Part shown: positions 62,424 through 64,000 of the stretch, one piece after another
Layout: every line of letters starts with the position of its first letter
Position numbering within the stretch: the stretch's first letter is position 1
From: an uncultured Gemmatimonadales bacterium
GTDB taxonomy: Bacteria > Gemmatimonadota > Gemmatimonadetes > Longimicrobiales > Gaopeijiaceae
Length of the DNA: 64,000 nucleotides
Reading direction: 5' to 3'
NCBI GenBank assembly: GCA_963823035.1
Contig: CAWGKG010000004.1
Coordinates: 96,001-160,000, forward strand
The notes under the pieces: model-generated
The model's input: only the letters and a program-made list of their open reading frames with translations
What the model was told of the DNA's origin: nothing
Databases searched by the model: none
Translations under genes and position numbers: made by a program

Positions 62424-64000
62424 CTAGAATCGCGACGCGGTGATCCAGTGGTCGGCGCGGGCCCACGCGACCTCGAACTCCGCGTGGACCGCGTCGGCCT
62501 CCGGCGCCCGGCCCTGGGCGCGTAGCGCCCCCTCCAGCCCGAGGAGCGACCACCCGTTGTGCGGGTGGTCGTCCAGCGAGGCGTGGTACACGACCTCCGC
62601 CTCCTCGGGACGTCCCGCGTCCAGGAGCGTCGCTCCCAGCCAGTGGCGGGCCGTGAAGTTGAGCGGTTCGGGCTCGTCGTAGCCGAACGTGTCCTCGAGC
62701 CGCACGGCCTCGCGTTGGACGCGGATCGCCCCTTCGAGGTCTCCCTCGTCCCGCAGGATCTCTCCCTCCAGGATGCCCGTCACCACGCCGAGGAGGTCGC
62801 TCGCCGAATGGCCCCGGAACACGGCGTCGGGGTCGGCTTCGACCGCCGCCTTCACCGCCTCGAGGGAGGCGCGCGCGGCGGCCCGGTCGCCCGAGCGCAG
62901 CGACGCGTAGCCACGCCCGAAGTCCCAGAATCCGCGGAAGACCGTCCCCTCCGGCGCCGTGGGCAGGGCGAGGATCTCGTCGAAGCGGCCGAAGCGGAGG
63001 AGCGTGAGCACATGGTAGAACTGCCCGCCGTCCATGAGCTTGCCGTAGTCCTTCCCGGCCTGGATGGCGACGGCCCCCTGCCCGTCGTAGGAGGCGGCGA
63101 AGAGGAGCATGTGCAGGTTGTGGGAGGGATAGATCGCGAAGCCCTGTCCCTGCGCGGCCTTCTGGTCCGAGTGCCAAGCCTCGATGTTGGCGCGCACCGC
63201 GTCGCCCCACCGCCCCACGCGGTTGTAGGTGTGCGACGGCATGTGGTTGATGTGGCTGGCGCCCGGGATGGCCCGACCGAGGAGGTCGGCGCAGGCCTCG
63301 GCGCGCTCGGGCTCCGTCGACATCTCCGTCGCGTGTACGTACAGGTGGCACGCGCCGGGGTGCGTGATGTCCTTCGCCAGCACGCCTTCGAGGACGCCCA
63401 TGATCCGCTGGATGGCCGGATCCCCCAGGTCGTAGGGTCCCCGCCGCGGCTGCAGCAGCATGAGCGACTCGGCGTAGAGCGTGGCCACGTCCGCGTCGTC
63501 CGGGAAGTGGGCGTGCACCTCGGCGATCGTCTCGGCCCAGAGCGAGTCCAGGTGCTTGCGCCGGTCGGCGTCGTGCGTGGGCTCGTAGCGAACGGCCATC
63601 GCCTCGATGACCGCGCGCTCCACGGGCGTCGTGTGCCCGGGGGCGAGCTCCCGGGCGCGCTGGATCGCCGTGTACGCACGTGGCGCGTCGGCCTCGCCCA
63701 TCCCGCCGTTCAGGTACGGCCCCCACGCCCAGGCTTCGCCGAGCCAGCACATCGCGCAGGTCGGATCGAGCGTCTCGGCCTCGCGGAAGGAGCGTGCGGC
63801 GTCCGGGGGCGTGAAGGCATACAGGAGCTGGATCCCCTGGTCGAAGTAGGCCTGTGCCTCCGGGGACGCCGTCGTCACCGGACGGCTGAACGGGCCCAAC
63901 GCGACCCGGGTCAACGGCATGGGGTCGTCGAAGGCGGCCGGGTAGGAGGGCCGCGGAGCGCTCGCGCCCGGGGAGGTCTGGGCAGGGGCGCACGCCACGA
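62424..64000 (-). CDS. TPR-repeat exported protein (5'-truncated by window edge)
   Basis: AQAYFDQG, CAMCW, HPGACHLYVH, HMPSH.Y.RVGRW and P.NGWSL.GL. Confidence 0.85.
   Translation of the reverse strand, partial: VACAPAQTSPGASAPRPSYPAAFDDPMPLTRVALGPFSRPVTTASPEAQAYFDQGIQLLYAFTPPDAARSFREAETLDPTCAMCWLGEAWAWGPYLNGGMGEADAPRAYTAIQRARELAPGHTTPVERAVIEAMAVRYEPTHDADRRKHLDSLWAETIAEVHAHFPDDADVATLYAESLMLLQPRRGPYDLGDPAIQRIMGVLEGVLAKDITHPGACHLYVHATEMSTEPERAEACADLLGRAIPGASHINHMPSHTYNRVGRWGDAVRANIEAWHSDQKAAQGQGFAIYPSHNLHMLLFAASYDGQGAVAIQAGKDYGKLMDGGQFYHVLTLLRFGRFDEILALPTAPEGTVFRGFWDFGRGYASLRSGDRAAARASLEAVKAAVEADPDAVFRGHSASDLLGVVTGILEGEILRDEGDLEGAIRVQREAVRLEDTFGYDEPEPLNFTARHWLGATLLDAGRPEEAEVVYHASLDDHPHNGWSLLGLEGALRAQGRAPEADAVHAEFEVAWARADHWITASRF

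Overview
Very GC-rich bacterial DNA whose gene set (ADOP-type orphan permeases with PadR regulators, DUF5916, S9/M16 peptidases, TonB receptor) suggests Gemmatimonadota or an Acidobacteria-like lineage (inference). Many genes carry single-base frameshifts, most likely long-read assembly indels. The main feature is a tightly coupled minus-strand cluster (19045-27554): a 9-heme lipoprotein, a 10-heme lipoprotein, a predicted outer-membrane beta-barrel, a 16-heme cytochrome, a 9-heme membrane-anchored cytochrome fused to a TerB-like domain, a Rieske protein and cytochrome b. This looks like a candidate porin-cytochrome conduit wired to a quinol-linked Rieske/cyt b complex (44 heme motifs, 2 atypical). 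A second uncharacterised redox-like locus (49285-56300) has a porin and small binding protein, a histidine kinase/sigma-54 regulator pair, and a sigma-54 operon with a 4-His membrane protein and two Tat-exported Rieske proteins. Also present are a candidate sigma-54-driven small RNA (about 7665-7820), several operator palindromes, a tandem duplication with conserved upstream DNA, and two regions of gene remnants. No rRNA, tRNA, CRISPR array or intact mobile element was seen.
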